The notes under the pieces are model-generated. The model was not told where the DNA came from, searched no databases, and saw only the letters and a program-made list of their open reading frames with translations. The translations under genes were made by a program, and so were the position numbers. Positions 7,010 through 18,000 of a stretch of DNA of 64,000 bases are shown here, one piece after another. Positions within the stretch are counted from its first letter, which is position 1. Each line of letters opens with the position of its first letter. The DNA lies in IMG/VR virus record IMGVR_UViG_3300049914_000251, positions 49,819 to 113,818 of that record, one strand, 5' to 3'. The DNA is from a virus.

Positions 7010-9486
7010 TCCTCCACATTTAACAGATCATCAGCCTGACGCTTGGAGCCAATATAGCAACACCCGAAATCCTCCTCCAATTCGAAAGGCTCCAGAATCT
7101 TCTCACCGTCCCGGTTCTTTAATATCTGAGCACGCAGCTTACCCGGCTCATCGGCCATTTGTAGCAGGGTTAATATGACATCTGCACTTCTCTCAGACTC
7201 AGAAGTATTTGCCAACACAGCCAAAGTATATCTCCCAAGTTTGGCTGCCTCAACCCACTGGGCCTGTTTTGCCTGCCACGGAGAAAGCACAGGAATTCCG
7301 GAACCGTTAAAAGATACTGCTATCTGCTTCATCTCGATAATAACTTCGTCGATTTCCTCTCGCTTCTCGACTCTTTTTCGATCAGAATGCACCAGATTCA
7401 GATAATCCAGAGCAAACAAGTCTATATTGAACATTGTCTGATAAGCTATTAACCGGTCATAAATATATCTAGGAGTACATCGATAAGGCATTTGAAATAT
7501 TTGAATCCGTCCATACCCGCCAGCCTTCAAATCATCGAGAACCTCATCATACAGCGCTTCGTCCGGAAGAGAAAGACCACCGCCCTTAATGTCCTTATAC
7601 CTTAACACACGGCCTTCAAACTTCGGACTCTTACGACAATGCAAACAGGCCAAACGCCTTCTCACCTGCGCTCTTGTAGACTCTGCAGTGCCCAGCACCA
7701 CATTCTTCCCCTGCACAAAAGCAGCATTATAAATAACATTCTCCACAAGAGTAGTTTTTCCTTGCGATGTGTTGTGTACCTTAAAAGGAGTTAGGTAATA
7801 ACCAGACGTTGTTTTTAGGCCTATGACAGATCGCGGCTCTTCCCTGATTACACTTTTAACACGCGTCAAAACATATCCAGGAGTGCTTACCTTGAAATTA
7901 TGATACCCCCTACCCGGAGGCCTTTCTTTTTCGCCCGCTGTATTCTGTACTGTAAATCTGTAATGTTTCCCAGATGAGTTAGGAAATGCCGTAATCCCAT
8001 CTTTAATTTCCTGTAAACATCCAAACTTGCCTCTTTTGGCAACAAGAACTACTATGCCCTCCATGACCTCACGATTATAAGATGTCCAGCTGCGCCGTTT
8101 ACCCTGTATGTTTCTCATACCATCAAGATAATTGTCCAAAAATGCGTTTGTTAAATTCAAAGGAAGTTTGAATAACCATCCCGGTAGTCTCTTAGTCAAA
8201 GCGCCTCTACCAAATTCACGAACTATCCACTCAACAAAAGGCCGCCCCGTAAAAGTTATTCTTCTATACACTGTCCTGTGATTATATTCCTTTAACGCAA
8301 ACGAAATACCCATTTTCCGCAAAATGGCCTCTGCCTTATCTGCATCCTCATATAGTCTCTTACCATATGAGATACTTATAGAATATAACCTATCCTCTTG
8401 TCCGCTTTTATTTGCCGATGGATTACCGTTTGAAACGTAATGTGCTAAAAGCAACATCAGATCCTCGTTGAACTCTACGCTAACCCCACGTTTCAAATGC
8501 TCATGCTTAGACCCCAGCCTGAAACATAACTTTTCTGGGATCACCGCATCCTGTAACACCGGGATAGCTAAATAATCCCCAGCACTAACATCAGCAGCTT
8601 TTACTAATGTCAATGTACGAGGACCAGTCCTTCTCCTTACACAAATAGGATGTTGTAACGTAAACAACTTCGCTGGTAAAGAATCCGTACGAATAGACAC
8701 CAACGACTCAGGATCAAATTTCCACTTGCCAGCAACCCTACCGCACAACGGTACGCCATCCCCGATTTCAACATCTTCTATCTTTTTAAACCCCCCGTCC
8801 GTAAAAACAAATTCCCCTTCAGGCTGACAATAGGCACCGACCAACCACAAATCCCCTGCCGTCATACCAAAAGTCACTTCGTCAATTTCCCGAATCCCTG
8901 TCTTAATATAAACAGCCGCCTTATTAGCTTTAATGGACTTATACTCATCCCGCATCAATCCTATCTCATCCCGCATGTTTCCTTCAGGGAACACCCCGGA
9001 CAACCTATCCAAATCAGTGCTCCTGGTCGCTATCATTTTTACAGCCGCATCATAGCCCTTAATTGCAGCTCCACCCACCATTTTACCCTCTGTAAGCACC
9101 TGCATCGCATCGGTCAACGTCTCAGCCAGCTTCTCAGACTTAATAATATCAACTAAACCATCCACAGCAAACTTAAACTTAGCTGTAGACACCTTAGCCT
9201 GCACAGCTACCAGCTTCTTATACAGCTCCATAACTTCGAATACCTGTGCCTCTGTCTTGCCCGCACCTTTAAGTGCAGATTCCAAATCTTCAGCGTCGAT
9301 AATTTGCCCCGTCAGCTTATGATACCTTACCAGCGCCTGAAACAACGGCAAAAACCGCTCTTCAATCATCTCCTCGCGAAGCCTGCAGGACACGTGCCAG
9401 AACCTGTCCTTTATATCCTCACCAGAGCTTTGAATAAGAGCAGCAATTACGACTAACTGAAAACGCTCTTTGTCCTTTTCGTCCAT
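7006..9486 (-). CDS. dnaB: DnaB-like (SF4) replicative helicase containing an intein
   Basis: IKTGIREID..TFG...GDLWLVGAY/TSQGKTT (Walker A), FALDYL (Walker B), SERSAD, KNRDG. Confidence 0.88.
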   Translation of the reverse strand: MDEKDKERFQLVVIAALIQSSGEDIKDRFWHVSCRLREEMIEERFLPLFQALVRYHKLTGQIIDAEDLESALKGAGKTEAQVFEVMELYKKLVAVQAKVSTAKFKFAVDGLVDIIKSEKLAETLTDAMQVLTEGKMVGGAAIKGYDAAVKMIATRSTDLDRLSGVFPEGNMRDEIGLMRDEYKSIKANKAAVYIKTGIREIDEVTFGMTAGDLWLVGAYCQPEGEFVFTDGGFKKIEDVEIGDGVPLCGRVAGKWKFDPESLVSIRTDSLPAKLFTLQHPICVRRRTGPRTLTLVKAADVSAGDYLAIPVLQDAVIPEKLCFRLGSKHEHLKRGVSVEFNEDLMLLLAHYVSNGNPSANKSGQEDRLYSISISYGKRLYEDADKAEAILRKMGISFALKEYNHRTVYRRITFTGRPFVEWIVREFGRGALTKRLPGWLFKLPLNLTNAFLDNYLDGMRNIQGKRRSWTSYNREVMEGIVVLVAKRGKFGCLQEIKDGITAFPNSSGKHYRFTVQNTAGEKERPPGRGYHNFKVSTPGYVLTRVKSVIREEPRSVIGLKTTSGYYLTPFKVHNTSQGKTTLVENVIYNAAFVQGKNVVLGTAESTRAQVRRRLACLHCRKSPKFEGRVLRYKDIKGGGLSLPDEALYDEVLDDLKAGGYGRIQIFQMPYRCTPRYIYDRLIAYQTMFNIDLFALDYLNLVHSDRKRVEKREEIDEVIIEMKQIAVSFNGSGIPVLSPWQAKQAQWVEAAKLGRYTLAVLANTSESERSADVILTLLQMADEPGKLRAQILKNRDGEKILEPFELEEDFGCCYIGSKRQADDLLNVEE
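7771..8829 (-). mobile_element. Intein (353 aa) with degenerate LAGLIDADG domain
   Basis: Starts CQPEGEFVFT..GFKKIEDV, block B TLQHP, ends VHN followed by Thr; removal restores the P-loop. Confidence 0.9.
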
Positions 9487-9504
9487 ATCAGCCCCTACTA
9501 TAAT

Positions 9505-9810
9505 TTATACCTTATTGGCGTGATAAGTACCGTGATCTATCCGATCCATCACTTTAAGATCATCAAGATCAACATCGCTGTAATTAACCGTCTTACCCTG
9601 CTCTATATCAACACACGTCCATATAGGAATCATGAACTTCTCTCGCCTGTCAATATCATTTACATAATATAAATCGTCTCCCGAAAACGTAGCTACTACC
9701 TTCCGCTGTGTTCCAGCCTTGCCCGTAAGAATCAGCACATCTTCCACCAGAACCAGCTGATATCCAGCTCCACGCTGCCACCTCAACAAATACCCGGTTA
9801 AATCATCCAT
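9505..9810 (-). CDS. Hypothetical protein
   Basis: AGGAGG SD; 101 aa. Confidence 0.7.
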   Translation of the reverse strand: MDDLTGYLLRWQRGAGYQLVLVEDVLILTGKAGTQRKVVATFSGDDLYYVNDIDRREKFMIPIWTCVDIEQGKTVNYSDVDLDDLKVMDRIDHGTYHANKV

Positions 9811-9818
9811 ATTTCCTC

Positions 9819-11282
9819 CTACCCGAGCAGACTCAACAATTCTGCCCTTGTTAATGCCGGAAAGATATCGGATTTCTCCCCAAAAACCACATTTGAAATA
9901 GCTTCCTTTCGCTTCAGTAACTCAGGAATTTTATCCTCTAAAGTATCTCGCGCCATAATATTTATGAATACCACCTTAGCATGCGGAGACCCGAACCTGC
10001 GCATCCGTCCTATCAGTTGCTCGGTGCGCTTGGGGTTAAAAAATTGGTTCAACGCTATAATATAGGCCGAAACCTGCAGATTCAGTGACTGTCCCAAAGC
10101 CTCTGTCCCCAAGCATACCGATACTCCGGGATCTTCCCAGAACCTTTTACGATTAACCTCCTTCTGCGTATTATTTTGCAGCCCTGTCATCAGCACATAC
10201 CCCATCTTTTCCTTATCGAATCGCTTGGAAATAGCCTCTATCACCTTCAGATACCGTGCGAACACTATCACTTTCTGATCCGCCAAATCCCCGGTCAACA
10301 TCTCCATCATCAGGTCCAGCTTAGACGAAACGTCGGCCTCTCCGATAGTATACAGTGTGTCAGCTATCATCTGCAACCTGTGCAACGAAGCCATTATATT
10401 AGCATTGCTCATCCCGCCCGCAGTATCTCGATACCCCTTCCTATCGGTAACATACCGAGCCTTCTGAGCCGCATGTAGCTCCACCCACTTATCAACCACC
10501 GTAACCGGCGGTAGGAACTGCTCTATGTCCTTTAAGGTTCTTCTAATATAATATGGAGCTATCCGCTGCATGAAGTCGGCAACATTCTTATACCCCAGCA
10601 TTTTAGGATATTGAAACCTTCTGCCATACTTACTAACACCATCTATCATAAGCTCACGTTGATAACGCTTCCGAAATTGCTCGCGATCACCCAGCACATG
10701 CTCTAGCCCAAGCACACAGAACAATGTGTGCATATCCACCAACGTGTTCTGAATAGGAGTAGCAGTAATGTTTACACGCCTGGGAACGTGCCTGACTAAC
10801 CGCATAACAGCCCTTTTAGTTTTAGTGACATAATTACGAAAATATGCCGCTTCATCGAACACAACAATATCAAACCTAATATCCTTTAAATAGTCCTCAT
10901 CCCTGAGCATCAAAGGATAAGAAATAATCAGCACGTCATACCAAGAGCCATACGTTGAAACCCTCTGCGTCTTTCCCCCGATAGCTACTGCCGCCTCGAG
11001 GCCTGTGAACTTCTTGACCTCGCCCTCCCACTGTAATACCGCCTTCGGCTCCGCTAATATCAAAGCCTTGCCCAGCTCCCCTCTGCTCTTCAATAACTGC
11101 AACAAAGCGAGCGCCTGTATCGTTTTTCCACTTCCGCAGATATCGAACAGGTTCGCTCGCTCAGCGACATACAAATAAGCCACACCCGTCTGTTGAAACG
11201 GATACAGCTCGCCCTTAAACCCGGGCACTTTTACGCTTATACGAGATGCCTTGACTTCAAGCAGCTTCTCTGGAGAAATCAC
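9819..11282 (-). CDS. SNF2-family helicase/ATPase
   Basis: LYPFQ, CGSGKT, FDEA, TATPIQN, SLNLQ, QLIGRMRR. Confidence 0.9.
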   Translation of the reverse strand: MISPEKLLEVKASRISVKVPGFKGELYPFQQTGVAYLYVAERANLFDICGSGKTIQALALLQLLKSRGELGKALILAEPKAVLQWEGEVKKFTGLEAAVAIGGKTQRVSTYGSWYDVLIISYPLMLRDEDYLKDIRFDIVVFDEAAYFRNYVTKTKRAVMRLVRHVPRRVNITATPIQNTLVDMHTLFCVLGLEHVLGDREQFRKRYQRELMIDGVSKYGRRFQYPKMLGYKNVADFMQRIAPYYIRRTLKDIEQFLPPVTVVDKWVELHAAQKARYVTDRKGYRDTAGGMSNANIMASLHRLQMIADTLYTIGEADVSSKLDLMMEMLTGDLADQKVIVFARYLKVIEAISKRFDKEKMGYVLMTGLQNNTQKEVNRKRFWEDPGVSVCLGTEALGQSLNLQVSAYIIALNQFFNPKRTEQLIGRMRRFGSPHAKVVFINIMARDTLEDKIPELLKRKEAISNVVFGEKSDIFPALTRAELLSLLG

Positions 11283-11416
11283 GTCTGCTTCGCCTTTCTT
11301 TTTAATGTAGCGTTCTTAAAAGCGTTTACAAAACTCCTTCCATGCTTCGCCATACGAGAACCCTTGGCCTTGAGTTTTCTTTCCCGCTTTTCCTGCCTCG
11401 TTTCTACTTCTTCCAC
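11279..11416 (-). CDS. Small basic protein (not in ORF track)
   Basis: GTG start, K/R-rich; its TGA overlaps the SNF2 GTG. Confidence 0.4.
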   Translation of the reverse strand: MEEVETRQEKRERKLKAKGSRMAKHGRSFVNAFKNATLKRKAKQT

Positions 11417-11452
11417 ACTATATGTTATACCTTCGCTTGTAGTTACACAATA

Positions 11453-12010
11453 CTACTCATCAGTATAATACACATCCAAAGTAGCTAATTTATCAAACCA
11501 CACCTCACGATCCTCATTCCGCCTATCATCAGACCACATTAACCAACTAAACTTCTTTCCCCTGTTTTCGACAGCATCCCGAACCAATGCAGTAACATCA
11601 ACATCAATGGATGCAGGTGCGGGAACTACAGGCACGTAGACCCGAACAGGATCTGTATACGTATAATCACCACCAGTAGCAGCCCAATGACGCTGTGGAG
11701 GATCATAACAATTCCACGTAGCATCCCACGCCCAATCCGTTCGGGTACAACGATAAAGATACACCTCATCAGGCTCCCCGGCAAACGGAGGAATTGGCTG
11801 ATGCCCTCCTGTCACTATCTCATTAAGATTCAATGTCGCACCACACACTATTTTGTGCGCCGGAAATGCCGCAAGATCAAAAATTCCCAGGCCGTGCGTA
11901 TCAGCAATACCGTATGTATCATAAGAAGGCCATATCCTAACTTCAATATAACTCAGACTTCCATAAGAATAATCCGGCATTCCCCAATAAAGAAACGTGC
12001 CGTTACCCAT
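11453..12010 (-). CDS. DNRLRE/CBM96-like beta-sandwich protein; possibly a readthrough extension of the upstream gene
   Basis: PD.SYG...IFDLAAFP...GATLNL...DATWN...GGDY...DVTALVRD. Confidence 0.65.
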   Translation of the reverse strand: MGNGTFLYWGMPDYSYGSLSYIEVRIWPSYDTYGIADTHGLGIFDLAAFPAHKIVCGATLNLNEIVTGGHQPIPPFAGEPDEVYLYRCTRTDWAWDATWNCYDPPQRHWAATGGDYTYTDPVRVYVPVVPAPASIDVDVTALVRDAVENRGKKFSWLMWSDDRRNEDREVWFDKLATLDVYYTDE

Positions 12011-15000
12011 CTAAAATGTAATGTGTGGCAACGGTATAGCATTATAATAAACACCTGAAACATAATCGACAGAATACCCGCTTAAATACTCCCAAGAAAT
12101 GTAAGACCAGGCACGAAAATAATAATGTATCGTTGTGTTCAAATACAACGTGACTGTCTCAAGAGGCCCAAAATACGCTAAAATTCCATCCGTAGGAGAT
12201 GTAGGATACCCCGTAGTTTTATATCGTATCATCGTCCACGGCGTAAACTCAGTCAATATTGTATTTTTCCAGTCCATTTTCACTTTACCGGGCACTACCT
12301 CTGTCACCGCAAAACCTGTCGGCGGTCCCGGAGCCGTTAAAAAGTGCCTCGGATTTCCCCAATACGTTCCCGTACCAAAAGAAGCATCTTTAGCAAACGC
12401 CACACAATTATATAACGTACCTGGAGCTAATCCGTGTAAAGTAGCACTAAAAGGCTCGCCCTCCTGACAAATAGCGCCCCACGCATTAACTATGCTGTGA
12501 AACCCCGCCGCAGACGGATCAAGCCTGTGCTCTCTTGGCCTTTGAACAGGCCAGCTGAATTCACCTGAACTGTATGCAAAACCAGCACTGTCAAATAAAT
12601 TATGACCCAGGCTAATTTTTGTATAATTTGTAGGCGCTCCCCACACCTCTACCTGATGTGCTGTTATATCAGATGGTGACAACGTCACCACCATATCAGC
12701 TTCAGATTCCCAAGCATTAAAACCAATAGATGGCAAACCGGACACCCAGTCCGTACCTTTAAACACGAAAGCCCTATCCGGTAAAGTGTTCTGACTAAAA
12801 GCACACTTCAGCGGCCAGTATTGATGCATAAGACTAGGAGTAAAAGTGTCGTCAGAATCAATATTTCCGCCTACCCAATAACGCTCTATCTCACTCCACC
12901 CCGTAATAGCATTACCGCTGCCCACCTTAAACAAGGTATCTTTCGTATCATCAGCCGTCCACGGTAACATAGGATCGCCATCCCAGTATACAAGATGCCC
13001 CGGATTTGTTGAGTCTACTGCATAATACACACGTATTGCATTACCAGCACCTACGCCAGTCCCTCGAATAGTAAAAGCGTAAACAGTGTCTCCATCTAAC
13101 AAAGGAGAAGGCGTAACTGGAAACCACACGCCTATCCACTGTGGCCCTGAAACAGCGAACGCCAAATCTGGAATAACATAAGAGAAAATCGGACTGCTGC
13201 CTGTCGGAATTCCACCACTACTAACATCCCACATCTCAAAAACCGCCGTTCCTGTTCCAGTACTAGCAGCGTAAATATCTATACACGTTACACTCAACCA
13301 TCCAGGTTGCAACGTTTGCCCTACAGCCTTGTTATCATGCAGACTATAGTAAGCTGATGGAGTACCTGTTGCCATATCAGTAGACCACTCCCAAATCTCA
13401 TCTACCTTTTGAGTACAACTTTGAAGCAAAACCCTCTTAGTCGTCCCATCATCCCACTCCCAAGCTATATGGGTCACTCCATTCTTATCCACGGCAATAG
13501 AAGGACTGTAATGATCTCCAGCATAAGGCCAATCTACACCCCAGAAAGTATCCTCATACAGATTAATTATAGGCTCCCACCCTGACGGACCTTTGCGCCT
13601 GTACATAACTCGCGACTTAAGAGGTAAAAGGCCCCATCCTTTGCCCTGCCAAACAACCGCAGGATATCCCGACGGATCTACTGCAACACACGGATTTGTT
13701 TGCTTATCAACATACACCCCTTTCATAGATACATTATCATCGCCGCAATAAATATCCTGAGTATAAGGATCAGGCGGATGATAACGCTGACTATCATAAG
13801 CTATGTGAATCGAGTTACTCAAACCTACAACTACACTTCCTTTAGTAGCATCTCCAACACCTCCCCAACGATACGCATCAATCCAGCCACCAGAACCACC
13901 GTACAACACCCACAACTGTTGATAAATCGGCGGCACAGGAAGAACACGCGGTGCCGACGCTACCATCACCATCTGACTTAGAGAGTTTACAGAAATACTT
14001 ACATCCCACACTCCTGCCTGCTCAATCCACCACGCATATTGTCCGACTGGAAGTGAAATCGACGTAGGTAATCCATGCCAAGAGTTCCATACGCCTAACT
14101 CGCTCCTGTATCTATACTCGACATATGTCTCATCATTATTCCACGCTACATACAAACCCCCATACGAATCACAAGCACAGCAAGGCTGACTCAACCCTCC
14201 GCCATCTTCTGTATAAGAAGCCTGCTCAACTATCCATCCTGTAGGAGATGGCAACCAAGAAGGAAAGGCTGACAATCCTTTATCATCATTATAAGCAGCG
14301 TAAATTCTACCATCGCTCCCTGCAAATACAAACCACAGTCTGCCTTGCGGAGTACGACACAGTTTTCTGCTTCCATTATACGCTATGTTATCCACATTCG
14401 CCTGGACCGCCGCTGGAGTATACGGACCACCATCAGCATTTACCCAGGCTACCTTACTAAACGCCTCCAAATCCCTGGACTTATCCATAGTAACGTAAAA
14501 CGAACTATCCAACGCGTTAGCATCAGCAGGCACATCTCCGGTCCAGTGATCAAAAGTATAATCACCAGTTTCCAAAGCCTCCAAACGAACCAACTGATAT
14601 GGTAGCACCGCTGGATAATCATGCGTATACAGAGAATAAGTTACTACAAGATCATCCACAGCAAATACACCGCTACAAGATTCCACATTTAATATGAACA
14701 CAGGAGCAACTACAGGATTTATGATCACAAATCCCTGTGTCTTCTTACACACCTTAAATGAAAAATCGAAATTAAAAGCGCCCCTGTTTCCAGCATTATG
14801 GGTCATACGACAATTACCAAACTGACCATGCCAGAAATCGCACCACATCGCCCACAGATTACCGCCCGGATAAGACGGAGATGGGGAAATAACCACATCA
14901 CCATTCCCCAACACTAAATAATAAGCTATAGGAACCCTCACGCGCGGAAAACCTGTCTTAGCCAGCACGTCTACAGAACCTCCCCACGCACGCACAACTT

Positions 15001-18000
15001 CCGCTAACTGATCCTTAGTAATAAACTGACTCCAATCAGCTGAAATACTTCTATCCAGCTCATTAGTAACTCCACGAACTATCAGATTATCAGCTGCCAT
15101 ACCAAGATCCAACAACGCCACATTATGATTAGGAAATGCCAGTTGCACCGGATACCTCTTAATCTGAACCATAAGACTTGACGACGGCAGATAAAACCAA
15201 GAACCTCCGTCTACACCATCATCGATACGAATACGAGTGAAAAGCTCCGGAGGCATTGGAGCACCTATAACCCTATAAACAGCCGATAACGTCAGATTTG
15301 TTTTAACCGTAATATCTGTAGGATTGGTAATCTTACTGCTCAGAAACTGATCCGTTTCGAAAACACCGCTTGGATATGAAGTGGACTCTTTTTGAGGAAT
15401 TAAATTAGCGAAAGAAAGAGTCCAATAGTCAAATTCAAAATTGGCAACTGCCTCAGCCTCGGCAGAAACCACGCTGCCTGCATCATAAACAAATACGCCC
15501 TCTCCAGGAATAACCACATGTCCCTGAGACGGCGTCAAGAAATCTACGTACACTTTCAAGAAGGCCTCTATATCATAATCATCCAGCATGGTAATAACTG
15601 TGCTAATCAAAGTCGGATCTGCTACCTGTGAAACATCGCCCAGCCATTCCTTCCACAGGCTGGTATTGGCTGAGGCTTCTATGGGAACTACTGCAGAAAG
15701 ATTTTGAAACGCCTCACTGTGACCCACCCAAACCAAATTCTCAACATACCCCGATACGGCACCAGATAAATTTAACCCATACAAATAACGTAAAGGACCA
15801 TGAGACCAAAATGGCGCATCAGTTAAAGTAGCCCGCGCTAATCTGTTAGACTCTGTAGCCCTGTCAGCGGCCGAAGCATAATTATCACAGTAAAACATAC
15901 CATGTTCATAACGGAAACTGTCATACCAAAACCTTAAGTACATTGTAAGTGGAGCTGTAGAAAGCGCTGCAGTTCCTCCCACCAAAATAGGCCCATCACA
16001 TACTTCGTTATAAAGTTCAACATTAAACGTTACCGTACCAGCAAGTACACTGATCTGCACTCCAACAAAATCATCGACTACCAGTCCTCCCCAAGTACTC
16101 TTCAACTTAGCTAACAAGAAAGGCGTCAAAAGACCATCTCCTCCTGTAATACGCACGTCAGCCAAGAACTCAAAATCACCTGAAAGATTAATATAATCAA
16201 CACCTTTATCAAATACTGCATAAACCTCACTACCGACGCTAGTAGAAAACGTAATACGATCCTGTGTCCTGCTTAATTCCACAGCCGGATCATACTCCTC
16301 ATATGTCCTGAAATCCTCGCCGCACGGTGGGGAAAGAATATTTCCCGTATATGAATCGCTAACCTTAGCCTGCAGCAAATATTTTTCTACAAAATTAGCC
16401 ATTATGCTATAATCGGCCGACATTACTATCTGCGTCGCCGCACAATCAGGATCCGCTAAAGTACCGATATCACCCGTCCAAATACCTAAGTTGGGTATTG
16501 ATAGCCCCGGATAATAATGAGCCACGTTAACCACAGCTAACAGATCAACAACTGTACCTTCATCATATGAAAATACTCCTATTCCCGGAACCGTGACCGT
16601 CCCTCCAGTACCTGCTGTCACCGTCAAATTCCTTGTTATAGGAACCGTAACGAGCATACTAAACTTAAGTCCGGTAGCATCTGGAAAATTGGCGTTAACC
16701 TTTCTGATATCAAGAAATTTTTCCACATCCACCAGATAAACATTTACAGCGTCACAACCATATTGACCGGCATCAGAGATAGTTACAACAGGACCCGCAT
16801 CAGCCTCGCCGCTACGAAGATAAAACGACCTCGATTTCCCAACTCCCGGAGGTACTGTAACATAGGCTGAAAGATTCTTCAAGATAAACTTGGAACCTGC
16901 CTGTGGCGCCATAGGTTGCTCCATCCAAGGTTCATAGCCCTCGCCATCGCACGATCCACAAATAGGATGAAACTCTTGCTCCCATCCATACATGGCATAC
17001 GGATCCAGATCACCTGAAAATAAACAGCTCTCAAAATCAACTGTCGAATCAAACTGCAACGCCAGACAATAATACGAAGGAACTGGAGAACCTGCAGGAG
17101 TTACAGAAATAGTGACTAAATCCCCTTGAGCTACTACTACCGTATTGACCAAGTCCTCTGCGCTATCTTCATAATCCGAAACGACGCAGCTCAATCCCGT
17201 GTCTACGCCATTCACACGAACAGTAAAAGTATAAGAGCTGCCTACTCCCGGACCTCTGCCGAAAAGATAAAATCTAAAATTGTACGGACTAACTACATAA
17301 TCACCCTCAGAAAACATAAAATCATAATCCGCAGCGTTTAACGTCCAACTAGCACCATAATCTGTAGAGTAACCGCCTTGCCCGCCTGCGTAAGTAGCCC
17401 CTACGCTGTCTACACGCCAAAGAATATAATCAGAATTACTCTCCAGGTTTTCACTGAGAACTATAGCATATTTGACACCTGCAACAAGAGCGACCCCGGG
17501 ATTACTTGTTACCCAATCATAAAGCAACATAGTGTACCACGCGCCTGCACTGTTTGTGGTTATACCACTTGCATCCATATCACCATAAGCTAAAGGATCG
17601 CCCGTTGGTTTTCCTGCTCCGTCCGTAGCATACACGTAAACCGTAAGAGTATCAGGAGTCCCTACCCTGTATATCCTTACTTTAGCCCACCATGCAGTAT
17701 GACTTACTAATGGTGTAATAGACTGCATCCGCTGATAATTAAGTGCTGTACCTACAATAGAAGAAGTATTGTCTCCTGTAGTATAGCTCTCACGTACTTG
17801 CTCTACTGCAGAAGTTACCATAATTGGATTCCACGTTCCACCGGAATCCAACGATTCTACAGCGCCATCTACTGCAACAGCCGTTCCCCAAACCGACGCA
17901 ATCTCCACTAACTCACTAGGTATCCTAAACACTACCCAGTATGTCGTACCTGAAACGACCTGAATTTCGTCGTCAAAAGTTATAGTAGTATCAACATTGT

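Noticed and set aside
11424-11452. Promoter for the replication genes (TATAAC -10)
   Set aside because: The -35 match is poor; plausible but not supportable.
9810-12013. Genome-wide TAG reassignment
   Set aside because: Long genes are intact in code 11, and TAG ends genes cleanly elsewhere (e.g. 9819, overlapping the next SD).
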